This document shows positions 20,936 through 29,957 of a stretch of DNA of 64,000 nucleotides, piece after piece (the first letter of the stretch is position 1; the number at the start of each line of letters is the position of its first letter). Below the pieces are notes generated by a model that saw only the letters and a list, made by a program, of their open reading frames with translations, was not told the DNA's origin and searched no databases. A program made the translations under genes and the position numbers. The stretch comes from Thermoanaerobaculia bacterium (GTDB lineage Bacteria; Acidobacteriota; Thermoanaerobaculia; Multivoradales; Multivoraceae), in assembly GCA_963666565.1 (NCBI GenBank), contig OY762911.1, forward strand, positions 4,576,001 to 4,640,000. Reading direction: 5' to 3'.

Positions 20936-21751
20936 ATGAGACGCCCGTGCCGTCACGGCCTCGCCGTGCGCCTTCCAGCAGCCCTCGTGGCCGCGGCGCT
21001 GGCGGCACCCGTCGCTGCCCAGGTGAACACCGAGAAGATGCGCGTCGGCGCCGACGCGCCGGGCTGGAGCGGCGCACTCGACCTGAGCGCCGCCCTGCAA
21101 CGCGGCAACCGGGAACGCGAGGTCCTCGGCGCAGGCGTCCGGCTCCAGTACGCCTGGCCGCGCCTGGAAGACGCCACCGCTCCCGCCAACGTCGTCTTCC
21201 TGACCTCCAACTACTCCTTCACCCGGCTGAACGACAGCCGCTACATCAACAACGCGATCAGCCACCTGCGCTTCATCCGCCGCAGCGGCCGCCGCGTCTT
21301 CCTCGAGGTCTTCGGCCAGCACCAGTTCAACGAGTTCACCCGGCTGGAACGGCGCCTCCTGCTGGGCGGCGGCGGCCGCCTGGCCCTGCTGCGCGCCGAA
21401 CGAACCGAGATCTTCCTCGGCGCCGGCTACATGCTGGAACGCGAGACCCTCGATCTGGCGGCCGATCTCCCGGACGCGCGGCGCAGCGAGCACCACCGGT
21501 CCACCAACTACCTGACCGTCCGCTACAACAGCGAGGACGACCGCCTCCGCCTGGTCCACACCCTCTACGCCCAGCCACGCCTCGACCGGCTACAGGACTA
21601 CCGCCTGCTCTCCGAAACCTCGTTCGAGATCCAGCTCCTCCGCCGCCTCGCCCTCGCGGTCAACCTGAACGTCGCCCACGACAGCGAGCCGCCCACCGGC
21701 GTCAAGGAGACCGACGTCGTGCTGTCGAACTCGCTCCGCTACTCGTTCTAG
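20936..21751 (+). CDS. Outer-membrane beta-barrel (DUF481-like)
   Basis: Signal peptide, QVNTEK start, alternating beta-strands, C-terminal ..LRYSF. Confidence 0.75.
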   Translation: MRRPCRHGLAVRLPAALVAAALAAPVAAQVNTEKMRVGADAPGWSGALDLSAALQRGNREREVLGAGVRLQYAWPRLEDATAPANVVFLTSNYSFTRLNDSRYINNAISHLRFIRRSGRRVFLEVFGQHQFNEFTRLERRLLLGGGGRLALLRAERTEIFLGAGYMLERETLDLAADLPDARRSEHHRSTNYLTVRYNSEDDRLRLVHTLYAQPRLDRLQDYRLLSETSFEIQLLRRLALAVNLNVAHDSEPPTGVKETDVVLSNSLRYSF

Positions 21752-21753
21752 CC

Positions 21754-21848
21754 GGGTGCGCGGGTCTTCCGACCCGCTGCCGCCGAAGGCGGCCAGGAGA
21801 ACCCGCCGACTGGTGCGCGGGTCCTCGGGTCCGCTGCCGCCGACGGCG
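21754..21848 (+). repeat. Two REP-like palindromes, family A (second degenerate)
   Basis: GGGTGCGCGGGTCTTCCGACCCGCTGCCGCCGAAGGCGGCCA at 21754; variant at 21812. Confidence 0.85.
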
Positions 21849-21916
21849 TTCAGGCAAGGCGTCGGCCGAAGGCCGTTCCTGCTCTAGCCAGCAACGATGA
21901 TGGGGTCTTCGTAATC

Positions 21917-21929
21917 CACTAGACTAGTG
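21917..21929. promoter_or_regulatory. CACTAG-A-CTAGTG palindrome, probable operator of the HipB-like regulator
   Basis: Perfect 6-1-6 inverted repeat in an AT-richer stretch 25 nt before the HTH gene. Confidence 0.45.
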
Positions 21930-21954
21930 TTCCGAATCACCAAGAGACCACTCC

Positions 21955-22284
21955 ATGCCCACTCCCCACCACCCGCCCGCCGCCGTCAGGAGAGCGCTGC
22001 ACAAGCTCGGCGCCGATCTGCGCGACGCCCGCCGACGCCGCCGGCTGTCCATGCAGGTCGTGGCCGACCGCGCCTTCACGTCGCGTTCCACCCTGCGGCG
22101 GGTCGAAGCGGGCGACCATCGAGTGGGCATGGGGATCTACGCGGCCACGATGCACGCCCTCGGCCTGCTGGACGGGCTGAGAGACTTGGCGGACTGGCGG
22201 CGGGACGACTTCGGTCAGGCCCTCGCGGCGGCTGCGTTGCCGCGCCGGGTCCACACGCGTCGCCCGCGGAGGGACGACGAATGA
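21955..22284 (+). CDS. XRE-family HTH antitoxin (HipB-like)
   Basis: LGADLRDARRRRRLSMQVVADRAFTSRSTLRRVEAGD; ATGA-coupled to the HipA remnant. Confidence 0.85.
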   Translation: MPTPHHPPAAVRRALHKLGADLRDARRRRRLSMQVVADRAFTSRSTLRRVEAGDHRVGMGIYAATMHALGLLDGLRDLADWRRDDFGQALAAAALPRRVHTRRPRRDDE

Positions 22285-22550
22285 CCGCGGCGTCCGACGC
22301 GCGCAACGTCGAAGTCCATCTCGACCTCGATGGCAGTCCACAACGCGTGGGGCTGCTACGCCGCCACGCGAGCAGGCAGCAGGCGGACACCCTGACCTTC
22401 GAGTACGACCCGGCCTGGCTTGAGGGCGACCAGAGCTTTGAACTCGATCCGGGCCTGCCCCTCACGGCCGGTCTCTTCGAGGCGACGCGAAGCAATGGCA
22501 TGGCCAGCGCCTTCGAGCACGACGACCTGAAGCGGGCGCTCGTGATCTGA
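22281..22550 (+). pseudogene. hipA: HipA-family toxin with in-frame internal deletion of the kinase domain
   Basis: HipA N-terminus (VGLL..LTFEYDPAWL..FELDPGLPL) joined directly to a C-terminal-like MASAFEHDDLKRAL; only 89 aa. Confidence 0.75.
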
Positions 22551-22579
22551 GGTCGCCGCCTGAAACCGGCCAACGACCG

Positions 22580-23551
22580 TCAGTCGCCAGCGCCTCGACC
22601 GAACCTCAATCTCGGCAGCAGTTGCAACAGACCGAGAGCGCCGAACAGGAAGACCGCCAGAGGCGCCAGGCGGACCACGACGTGGGGAGAGTCTCGGACG
22701 TGTTCGTTCGACGCCCAGAAAGCGACGTACACGAAGTTCGCGAACAGGAGGATCGTCACGCCCAGCACCAAGTAGCCGAACAACGGCGGGCACGAATGAA
22801 GCGACGGCAGCAGGGCGCTGGGCCGGGCCTCGCCCCTATCCCGGTTCCACCGAGCCAGGAGTTGCGCGGCAACGAACAGGCCCGCCAGGGCCGCGAGCGC
22901 GACGGCCAGTGAGCCGCCGCGTCCCGCCGCGAGCGCCACGGCAACGAACCCACCCATCGGCAGAACGATCAAGGCGATGAGAAGCCACCGCCTGAAGGGT
23001 TGCAGCTCGCTTCGGCTCTCGCTCGGCGCTGCGTACTCAGTTTCCTTACCGGCTTCGCTGTCCTCCCTGCCGCGATTCGACAGGGACGAAATCAACTCGA
23101 AGAAACAGTAGGAACCGAGCATCAGCACGATCGCCGCCCGCCGCGGCAGGACATGAACCGCCGCGTCTCCGCCCACAGACCGGAAGGCGGCGTAGGCGTA
23201 GACGATCGCGCCGACAAGCCCCGTACCGACTGCCGCGTAGCCGAACCACACGGGACAGCCGCGGATCCCGAGCCACCCGGCATCCGCGCTCTCGTGTCCT
23301 CTTCCCTTGCCCCACCTGGACTGAACGCCCGCCAGGACGAGCAGCGCCCCCACGCCGGCCCCGACGAGGATCAGAGGACCTCTGTCCTCCAGGAAGCCGA
23401 CGCCCTCGGGGCGCTCGGGGAAGCCGGCCCAGACGAAGTCGACGCCGACCAGGATCCAGACGGCGATGCACCACCACCCGATCCAGCGCGGCGCCTGCTT
23501 CCGCGGCGCATGGCTGCGTTCCAAGGTCGCGGCCTGCTCAACGTTGCCCAC
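22580..23551 (-). CDS. Hypothetical membrane protein made of two tandem 4-TM units
   Basis: Two units with GCPVWFGY and SCPPLFGY motifs. Confidence 0.7.
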   Translation of the reverse strand: MGNVEQAATLERSHAPRKQAPRWIGWWCIAVWILVGVDFVWAGFPERPEGVGFLEDRGPLILVGAGVGALLVLAGVQSRWGKGRGHESADAGWLGIRGCPVWFGYAAVGTGLVGAIVYAYAAFRSVGGDAAVHVLPRRAAIVLMLGSYCFFELISSLSNRGREDSEAGKETEYAAPSESRSELQPFRRWLLIALIVLPMGGFVAVALAAGRGGSLAVALAALAGLFVAAQLLARWNRDRGEARPSALLPSLHSCPPLFGYLVLGVTILLFANFVYVAFWASNEHVRDSPHVVVRLAPLAVFLFGALGLLQLLPRLRFGRGAGD

Positions 23552-23611
23552 GCGAGGAGTCTACTCGTCGAGCGTTAAGCTGCCCGAGAACCTCGCCGCC
23601 AACTCGAAATC

Positions 23612-23832
23612 CTAACCCCAAGAACCGTCGGCCACACGACGCCGCAGGGCAGCCAGCGACCGCCGAAGACTCTCCGAAGCTATGGCAGCCCGCTCAGGAT
23701 TCCATGCGAAGCGAGCGTACGCCACGATGCGAGTCACGTACTCGGGCCCAGTACGACGAGACGATCCTGAACGGGAAAGTCGGCCTCCTTGAAGTTGCGC
23801 CAGTTGCGAAGCGTCAGGTGGGTCAAGCGCAT
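23612..23832 (-). pseudogene. Collapsed AAA-ATPase plus partner operon
   Basis: MRLTHLTLRNWRNFKEADFPVQDRLVVLGP (ATPase start, ends at Walker A) abuts GPEYVTRIVAYARFAWNPERAAIASESLRRSLAAL in another frame. Confidence 0.65.
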
Positions 23833-23905
23833 GGAGGAAAGCTATCAACTCAACGCAGCGTCAGAGTCGCTCCAGCGTCAACGCCCACCCGGACGCCGCC
23901 TCGGT

Positions 23906-24112
23906 TCATCGGCGACCTTCATCGCGGAGGTTCTTCCAATGCAGACCACCCAAGGTCAGCCCCACCCGCCGCCTGCGGAGTTCCGTGATCACGCTCTCCG
24001 GTTCGCTCTGTTCCGCCTGTCGTGTGGAAGTCAGGCGCGTCACAGACTGTCCCCTGCGCGTGATCAGTACCTCCTGGCCTTGCCGGGCCGCCGCTTCGTC
24101 CGAGCCCGTCAC
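23906..24112 (-). pseudogene. Phd/YefM antitoxin, N-terminally truncated
   Basis: GQEVLITRRGQSVTRL..LRDEGRR; lacks the usual N-terminal EAK helix; no toxin downstream. Confidence 0.7.
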
Positions 24113-24546
24113 CGCTCATCTCCCGGCGGACCTTGGCTCCGCATCTGGAGCAGAAACAAGAGGGCAAGACACCCGAACGTGAAAACCATGAGCGGTTCGA
24201 AGGCCCAACCGGACCGACCCAGGCGAGACCCTTCGTCAAGGCTGCCCCAGAACCGATAGAGGCCGGTTCCCAGAGCCAGACAGAACGAGGCGAAGACGAC
24301 GCCTCCAAACCAACCCGGGCAACCGTCGAGCCAAGCACCGAGCCCGCGAGATCGCCCCTGCCCGCCAAGACGATTCACTCGGGCCAGGACAGCGGCACCG
24401 ACGAAGAGAACGCCGACGCCGATCAGGGCAAGCAAAGACGGACGCCAGTCACGTAAGGACAGTGCCGTGTTCAGGGTCCACACCGCCATCAAGAACGACA
24501 TGAGGATGACGACGGCCCGCTGCATGCCAGGCGACATCTCCCCCAT
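24109..24546 (-). CDS. Hypothetical 4-TM membrane protein, paralog of 22580..23551
   Basis: WLDGCPGWFGG motif; four hydrophobic segments. Confidence 0.65.
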   Translation of the reverse strand: MGEMSPGMQRAVVILMSFLMAVWTLNTALSLRDWRPSLLALIGVGVLFVGAAVLARVNRLGGQGRSRGLGAWLDGCPGWFGGVVFASFCLALGTGLYRFWGSLDEGSRLGRSGWAFEPLMVFTFGCLALLFLLQMRSQGPPGDER

Positions 24547-24708
24547 CCGCTGACGGGCCCGCCGCCATGAGGCGAGCCTGGGCGTCACGCGCAGATTGAA
24601 GCGCGGCCCCGTCGGCTTCGAGACGATGCCGGCTGTCCTCCAAATCACGGTAAGCACGTTACCACCCGACATTTCCCGACAACGGACCACACCGAGGGTT
24701 CGTCGCGT

Positions 24709-25197
24709 CTACGAATCGGAACCGCCCGCAGGGTTTTCACGCTTCCTCGCACCGATCTTCCAAGTCCGCCGACCACCGATGAGCGGCCTGACTCCGCAGA
24801 CCGTCGCGAGTGCCGCGAGGCCCATTCCCCCGAAAATCGCTGCGTCGCCAATCTCCTCTCTGCCCATCCCCAGCCGAACGACGACTGCGGTGGTCGCCAG
24901 TGTCACACCAGCCAACAGAGCAGACCGGGGAATCCAGGCCGGCAGCTTCTCCAGCCTCGCCATCAGGCCGACGCCTTCCTTCCGGGCAAGCCGGGCAGCC
25001 CCGGCCAGCCCGCCGAAGATCACCGTCAGCAGAACGAACGGCGCCACAACGTGCCACCCTCGGTCGTCGGAGGCCGCGAACAGCTCCACGGCCGACAGTC
25101 CCCAGAAGGCGCCGAGGAGCCAGAGCATTGCCCAACGCATGTCCGTGGGCAGAACCTCCCGTACAGGCGCTTCTTCAGGTTGTCGCGAGACGTTCAT
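24709..25197 (-). CDS. Hypothetical 4-TM membrane protein, divergent paralog
   Basis: Four hydrophobic segments; LEKLPAWIP at the motif position. Confidence 0.6.
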   Translation of the reverse strand: MNVSRQPEEAPVREVLPTDMRWAMLWLLGAFWGLSAVELFAASDDRGWHVVAPFVLLTVIFGGLAGAARLARKEGVGLMARLEKLPAWIPRSALLAGVTLATTAVVVRLGMGREEIGDAAIFGGMGLAALATVCGVRPLIGGRRTWKIGARKRENPAGGSDS

Positions 25198-25240
25198 CGA
25201 GCCGCCTGAGCCAGTATCGCAGGTTGCTCGACAAACGCGA

Positions 25241-25306
25241 AACGGCCGGTCCCGAAGGACCGGCCGTTGAAGCTGCGACGGCCTGCCGAACTCGTCCGGC
25301 AGGCCG
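25241..25306. terminator. Tandem GC hairpins downstream of the Vgb-like gene
   Basis: AACGGCCGGTCC-CGAA-GGACCGGCCGTT and CGGCCTGCCG..CGGCAGGCCG. Confidence 0.55.
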
Positions 25307-25321
25307 CTGACTGCGCAGCGC

Positions 25322-27061
25322 CTACTCGCCGCCGCCGGCCGAGATCATCAGCACCGAGCCCTGACGGTGCTCGGCGTGACGGGACGGAGCGTTCGAGTTC
25401 GTGGTCCAGGCGTTGCCCTGTTCGTCGAACTCGATCTCGCGGGTGTAGGTGACCATCATCGGCATCCGGTACTCGACGAACTTCTCCGTCTTCGGATCGA
25501 AGCGGAGCATCGAGTCGGTGCCGGTGCCGGTGATCCAGACGTCGCCGTTCGTCGGGTTGATGTTCAGCGCGTAGGGCAGCGAGTTCGGGCCGTGCGGCAG
25601 GTCGTAGACCGTCCACTCTTCCAGGTACTCGTCGAACGACGCGACGTCGCCCGAGGCCCAGCCCGGCACCCAGACGATGCCGTCGGGCGCCACGTGCAGG
25701 CGCCGCGGCCCGTGGACCGGCGGCTTCCACTCGACGATCCGCTCGGGATCGTCGGCATCGAGCTGCGGGCGGATGCGGCCGACGCGCTGGCCGTTCAGCT
25801 TGCTGTAGAAGACGTGGCCGTTCGGCGCCACGTCGATGCCGTACGGAGTCACGCCGCGGGACTCGCCGCGGGCGCCGCCGCCGCGGACCTGATCCTTGGT
25901 CGGCAGCTTGTACTCGGTGACTTCCCACCGCTCGCCGTCCCAGGTCTCGGGATCGAGCGACATGACGCCGACGCCGTTCGGGCTGCCCGCGTCGGTCCAC
26001 CAGAGAATCCCGTCCGGCGCGAAGCGCAGGGTGTGCGGATAGCCGCCGCGCGGGCGCGGAGCGGTGCGGCCGGAGCCGATCCGCCATTCCTTCGTCTCGA
26101 CGTCGAACTCGCCCATCTGGCCCGAGTAGGCCAGGGTGACCCACATGTTGCCGTCCTCGGCCTTCTCGATCGAGTGGATGCCCGACGTCGGAGTGGACGG
26201 CGCCAGATAGTCCTTGCCGCCGGGCACGGTGTAGAAGGCCCGCTCGCCGGTGACCGGGTCGAGGGTCTCGATGACGTCCTGGGCCATATCGACGGTGTAG
26301 ACGAGGCCGTCGTCGCCCAGCTCGAGATCGTGGATCACGGCGCCGGCCTGATCGCCCATCAGCCACTCGCGGACTTCGCCCTTGAGCGACTCGCCGGACG
26401 GCGGCTCGGGCGGCTCGAAGTCGGTCCATGCCTCTTCCGCGTCGCGGCCGTAGACGTCGACGATCTTGTCGACGAGGATGTCCTGGGTGTGCTTGTACAG
26501 GCCCTGGAAGCCGTCCATGCGGGTCAGCATGACCTCCCAGTCGACCGGCTCCTCGGGCGAACGGAAGCCGACGGTGCCGACCTGGTGGCAGTAGGCGCAC
26601 ATCATCTTGAAGTTGAGCGCGTCCGCCTCGTCCTCCCACTCCATCATGTTCATCAGGTCGTGCGCCGGGCGCTGCGACTGCAGGGCCCAACCCTCGGCCT
26701 GGCGCAGGCGGACCTGAATCGGTGTCGGCTCGGTCGTTTCCTTGAGGTCCTTCCACTCGTCGAGCCAGCCCATCAGGCGGACGCGGAGCTTGTACTTGCC
26801 GGCGGGGACGGCGGGCAGCTTGTAGGCGCCGTCCGGCTGGCTGTAGACCGAGATGCTGCGCTGCTCGTCGGTCGAGAACAGCGACACGGTGGCGCCCTGG
26901 ATCGGCTCGCCGCCGCTGCCGACGACCGAGCCCGTGTAGACGGTGAGCGGAGCGTCGAGGTTGTTCGCGTTCGGAGCGGCCGCGAGACTCGCGGACGCGA
27001 CGAGCGCCAGGATCGCGAAGCCGGTGAGGGCGACCGGGGTGGACGGAGCGGGTCGGGACAT
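25322..27061 (-). CDS. Secreted protein: carboxypeptidase-regulatory-like domain, c-type heme motif and Vgb-like beta-propeller
   Basis: Signal peptide; G.V..G.PI.GATV..DGAY; CAYCH; repeated P.GI.VAPDG.VW blades. Confidence 0.8.
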   Translation of the reverse strand: MSRPAPSTPVALTGFAILALVASASLAAAPNANNLDAPLTVYTGSVVGSGGEPIQGATVSLFSTDEQRSISVYSQPDGAYKLPAVPAGKYKLRVRLMGWLDEWKDLKETTEPTPIQVRLRQAEGWALQSQRPAHDLMNMMEWEDEADALNFKMMCAYCHQVGTVGFRSPEEPVDWEVMLTRMDGFQGLYKHTQDILVDKIVDVYGRDAEEAWTDFEPPEPPSGESLKGEVREWLMGDQAGAVIHDLELGDDGLVYTVDMAQDVIETLDPVTGERAFYTVPGGKDYLAPSTPTSGIHSIEKAEDGNMWVTLAYSGQMGEFDVETKEWRIGSGRTAPRPRGGYPHTLRFAPDGILWWTDAGSPNGVGVMSLDPETWDGERWEVTEYKLPTKDQVRGGGARGESRGVTPYGIDVAPNGHVFYSKLNGQRVGRIRPQLDADDPERIVEWKPPVHGPRRLHVAPDGIVWVPGWASGDVASFDEYLEEWTVYDLPHGPNSLPYALNINPTNGDVWITGTGTDSMLRFDPKTEKFVEYRMPMMVTYTREIEFDEQGNAWTTNSNAPSRHAEHRQGSVLMISAGGGE

Positions 27062-27180
27062 GGAACCTCCTGTGCCTGCCTTGAGGGTAGCTTGGGGTGC
27101 AGTTGTTCCGGGACTATACAGGAAGGCCCCCCGCGGAACCGCGCGGCGCCACGCTCGAAGGCCCAAGGTAGTCTCCGCCG

Positions 27181-28629
27181 ATGCAGGAGCGACCGGGCGC
27201 CGACCGTCTCGACCGCTTCGCCGAGAATCCGCGGCGGGCGCTGTGGCTGCTGGCGATGCCGATCCTGATCGGCATGTCGATCCAGACGCTCTACATGATC
27301 GTCGACATGTTCTTCGTCGGCCGCGTGAGCCCCGAGGCGCTGACGGCTCTGGCGTTCAACATGCCGCTGGTGTTCCTGGCGATGGGCGTGACCTTCGGCC
27401 TGGGCACCGGCATCACCGCGGCGATCGCCCAGGCGATCGGCGCGCGCGACCGGGTGCGGGCCGACCGCGCCGCGGAACATGCCGTGGCGATCGGCGCCCT
27501 GGTCGCGGCGCTGACGACGGGCTCGGCGCTCGCCTTCGGCATTCCCCTGCTCCACGCGCTCGGCGTGCCGGCCGAACTCGTGCCCCAGGCCTGGAGCTAC
27601 TTCCGCGTGCTCGCATGCGGCTACCCCTTCATGGTGCTGGCCGTCTTCTTCCGCTCGATCCTCTCGGGCGAGGGCAACGTGAAGACGCCGGTCATGGTCC
27701 AGGGCGCGGCCACCGTGCTGAACATCGCGCTCGATCCGCTGTTCATCTTCACCTTCGGCATGGGCGTGGCCGGCGCCGCCCTGGCGACGATCGTCAGCCA
27801 GGCGGTGGCCGCGCTGGTCTTCGTCTACCTGCTGTTCGTGGCCAAGCTCTCCTACGTCCGCTTCGATCTCCGGAACTTCCGCTACGACGGCGCCATCGCG
27901 CGCAGCATCTGCGTGATCGGCCTGCCGGCTTCGCTGTCGTTCCTGGTCATGTCGATGGGCGGCGGCGTGCTCAACCGCATCCTGGTCGAGCACACGCCGG
28001 ACGCGGTGGCCGCGCTCCAGATCGGCAGCCGCCTCGACCATGTGGTCATCCTGCCGCAAGTCGCGGTCGCCTCCGGGTTGGTGACCCTGGTCGGCATGTT
28101 CTACGGCGCCCGCCGCGGCGATCTGCTGCGGGAGATCGTGCGCTACGCCATGGTGAGGACCGTCCTGCTCAGCGTCGCGATCGCCGCCGCGTTCTACGTC
28201 CTCGCGCCGGCTCTCGTCGCGCTCTTCACGGACAGTCCGGGCATCGTGTCCCTCGGGGTCGACTACCTGCGGGTGGTCGTCTTCGCCTATCCGTTCATCG
28301 GGATCTCCATCCTGACCGGCCGCAGCCTGCAGGGACTGGGCCGCGGCTCGCCGGAGCTCTGGCTGTCCCTGCTGCGGGTCATCCTGATCACCGCTCCGCT
28401 GGCCTGGGCGGCGACGTTCTGGCTGCGCGGACCGGTGGAGTGGGTGTGGTACTCGTCGTTGATCGGCACGGTGGTCTCGGCGTCCATCGCGCTCGTCTGG
28501 CTGGCGGCCGGCGTACGCCAGGCGATCGCGAGGTTCGGCAGCGGCGAGTCGCCGCTCGACGCGGCGGCCGGCGCCGGCGCCGCCGAACTGCCGGTCGACG
28601 CCGCGACCGAAGCCCCCGAACCCGCATGA
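27181..28629 (+). CDS. MATE-family efflux transporter
   Basis: LYMIVDMFFVGR and NIALDPLFIFTFGMGVAGAALAT motifs. Confidence 0.93.
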   Translation: MQERPGADRLDRFAENPRRALWLLAMPILIGMSIQTLYMIVDMFFVGRVSPEALTALAFNMPLVFLAMGVTFGLGTGITAAIAQAIGARDRVRADRAAEHAVAIGALVAALTTGSALAFGIPLLHALGVPAELVPQAWSYFRVLACGYPFMVLAVFFRSILSGEGNVKTPVMVQGAATVLNIALDPLFIFTFGMGVAGAALATIVSQAVAALVFVYLLFVAKLSYVRFDLRNFRYDGAIARSICVIGLPASLSFLVMSMGGGVLNRILVEHTPDAVAALQIGSRLDHVVILPQVAVASGLVTLVGMFYGARRGDLLREIVRYAMVRTVLLSVAIAAAFYVLAPALVALFTDSPGIVSLGVDYLRVVVFAYPFIGISILTGRSLQGLGRGSPELWLSLLRVILITAPLAWAATFWLRGPVEWVWYSSLIGTVVSASIALVWLAAGVRQAIARFGSGESPLDAAAGAGAAELPVDAATEAPEPA

Positions 28630-29255
28630 AGCGAGCCGCGCTCGGCGCCGCCTCGCTGTGCGCGGTCCTGGCCGTCGGCGCCGCGACCGCCCAGGACTGC
28701 CCCGGCCCCGAGCTGCACGGCCTCTTCCCGCAGGACATCTACGTCTTCCGAGCCTTCGTCACCGAGGCGGCGGCGCTGCCGCTGGAAGACGGCGGCGCCT
28801 TCCAGCTCGAGGTGCAGGTCGAAGGCGCCGTCCACATGCCGCGGCCCAGGTCGCGCTACGCCGTGACGGTCGAGATCGCGGACGAGGACTGCAACGCGCG
28901 GCCGATGACCGCCCGGGAACTGCGGGACCGCTTCGCCGTCGGCGACGAGGTGAAGATCGTCGCACACGAGATCCCGGGATCGGCGCGGTCGCTCGTGGCC
29001 CCGTTGCGCCGCGTCGCCCTGGTCATGGCGGAAGCCGGCGAGAGCGGCCTGATCAAGAACGACTTCGACTACTACGACGCCCTGCTCGAACTGGACGCCC
29101 GCTTCGCGGACACCGAGAAGTTCTCGCTCGTCTCGCAGATGGGCCGCTACCTGCCCACCAGGGACGACTTCAGGCGGCTGCTCGAGGAGCAGATCCAGGA
29201 ACGGCGCTTCCGGCGCCAGTTGCTCGATCTCTACGACGCGCTCAGGGAACCGTAG
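28626..29255 (+). CDS. Hypothetical secreted protein
   Basis: ATGA-coupled; MKRAALGAASLCAVLAVGAATAQ signal peptide. Confidence 0.7.
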   Translation: MKRAALGAASLCAVLAVGAATAQDCPGPELHGLFPQDIYVFRAFVTEAAALPLEDGGAFQLEVQVEGAVHMPRPRSRYAVTVEIADEDCNARPMTARELRDRFAVGDEVKIVAHEIPGSARSLVAPLRRVALVMAEAGESGLIKNDFDYYDALLELDARFADTEKFSLVSQMGRYLPTRDDFRRLLEEQIQERRFRRQLLDLYDALREP

Positions 29256-29784
29256 CGAGATCGCGCTCCATCACCTGGAAGTGAATCGGGCGGAGCGGCC
29301 TTCTCGTCGGCGGCGGATTGACGGCCTCGAACGGTTCCCTCCGGACGACCCGGTAGCCCCGCCGTCCGTACCAGGCCGACAGCTCCGGCCGGGTGCTGAG
29401 CACCCAGAGCTGGCAGACGCCGCAGCCCGCTTCCCGCAGCCAGTCCTCGCCCGCCGCCATCAGGTCGCGGCCCAGCCCAAGGCTCTGCCGCGCCGTTGCC
29501 ACCGAGACCAGGCCCAGATAGCCGGTTTCGCCGCGCAACTCGAGGTAGACGCAGCCCGCCAGCGCCCCGAGACTCGCTTCGCTGCGTTCCTCGGCGCGTG
29601 CTCCTGGAGCGGGATCGTCCCCGTCGCACACGAGGAACGCGCCGCGCTCCAGGCGGTCCATCACCTCCGGGAGCGCGATCCGCTCGCCGGTCAGCATGTC
29701 CGCCTCGACCTCGAAAGCGTCGTTGACGAGGGCGACGAGCGCCGCGGCGTCGGCGACCGTGGCGCTCCGGCAGGCGAAGGGCAT
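29242..29784 (-). CDS. GNAT N-acetyltransferase
   Basis: LGLVSVATARQSLGLGRDLM and WYGRRGY motifs. Confidence 0.9.
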   Translation of the reverse strand: MPFACRSATVADAAALVALVNDAFEVEADMLTGERIALPEVMDRLERGAFLVCDGDDPAPGARAEERSEASLGALAGCVYLELRGETGYLGLVSVATARQSLGLGRDLMAAGEDWLREAGCGVCQLWVLSTRPELSAWYGRRGYRVVRREPFEAVNPPPTRRPLRPIHFQVMERDLATVP

Positions 29785-29957
29785 GGCGCGGATGGTAGCG
29801 CCCAAGACCCGTCGCTGGCGCCGTGTTTCGGCCCGTCCCGTCCTCGCCCGGGAGCTTTCGCCGCAACTCGCCGCGCCGTCTTCCAGGGCGCAAACCCCTC
29901 GGGCCAGCCGCCTGTATCCTCCGATCCCTCTTCACCACCTACAGGAACAAACGCAGC

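Noticed and set aside
23535-23580. attC-like GCTTAAC..GTTGAGC hairpin (minus strand) in the cassette-like region
   Set aside because: Only about 45 nt, overlaps a start codon, has no counterpart after neighbouring genes, and no integron integrase is present
24547-24700. Possible RHH antitoxin remnant (RFNLRVTPRL) and GGTAA-N5-TTACC palindrome
   Set aside because: Too short and no clear start or RBS; cannot be distinguished from chance
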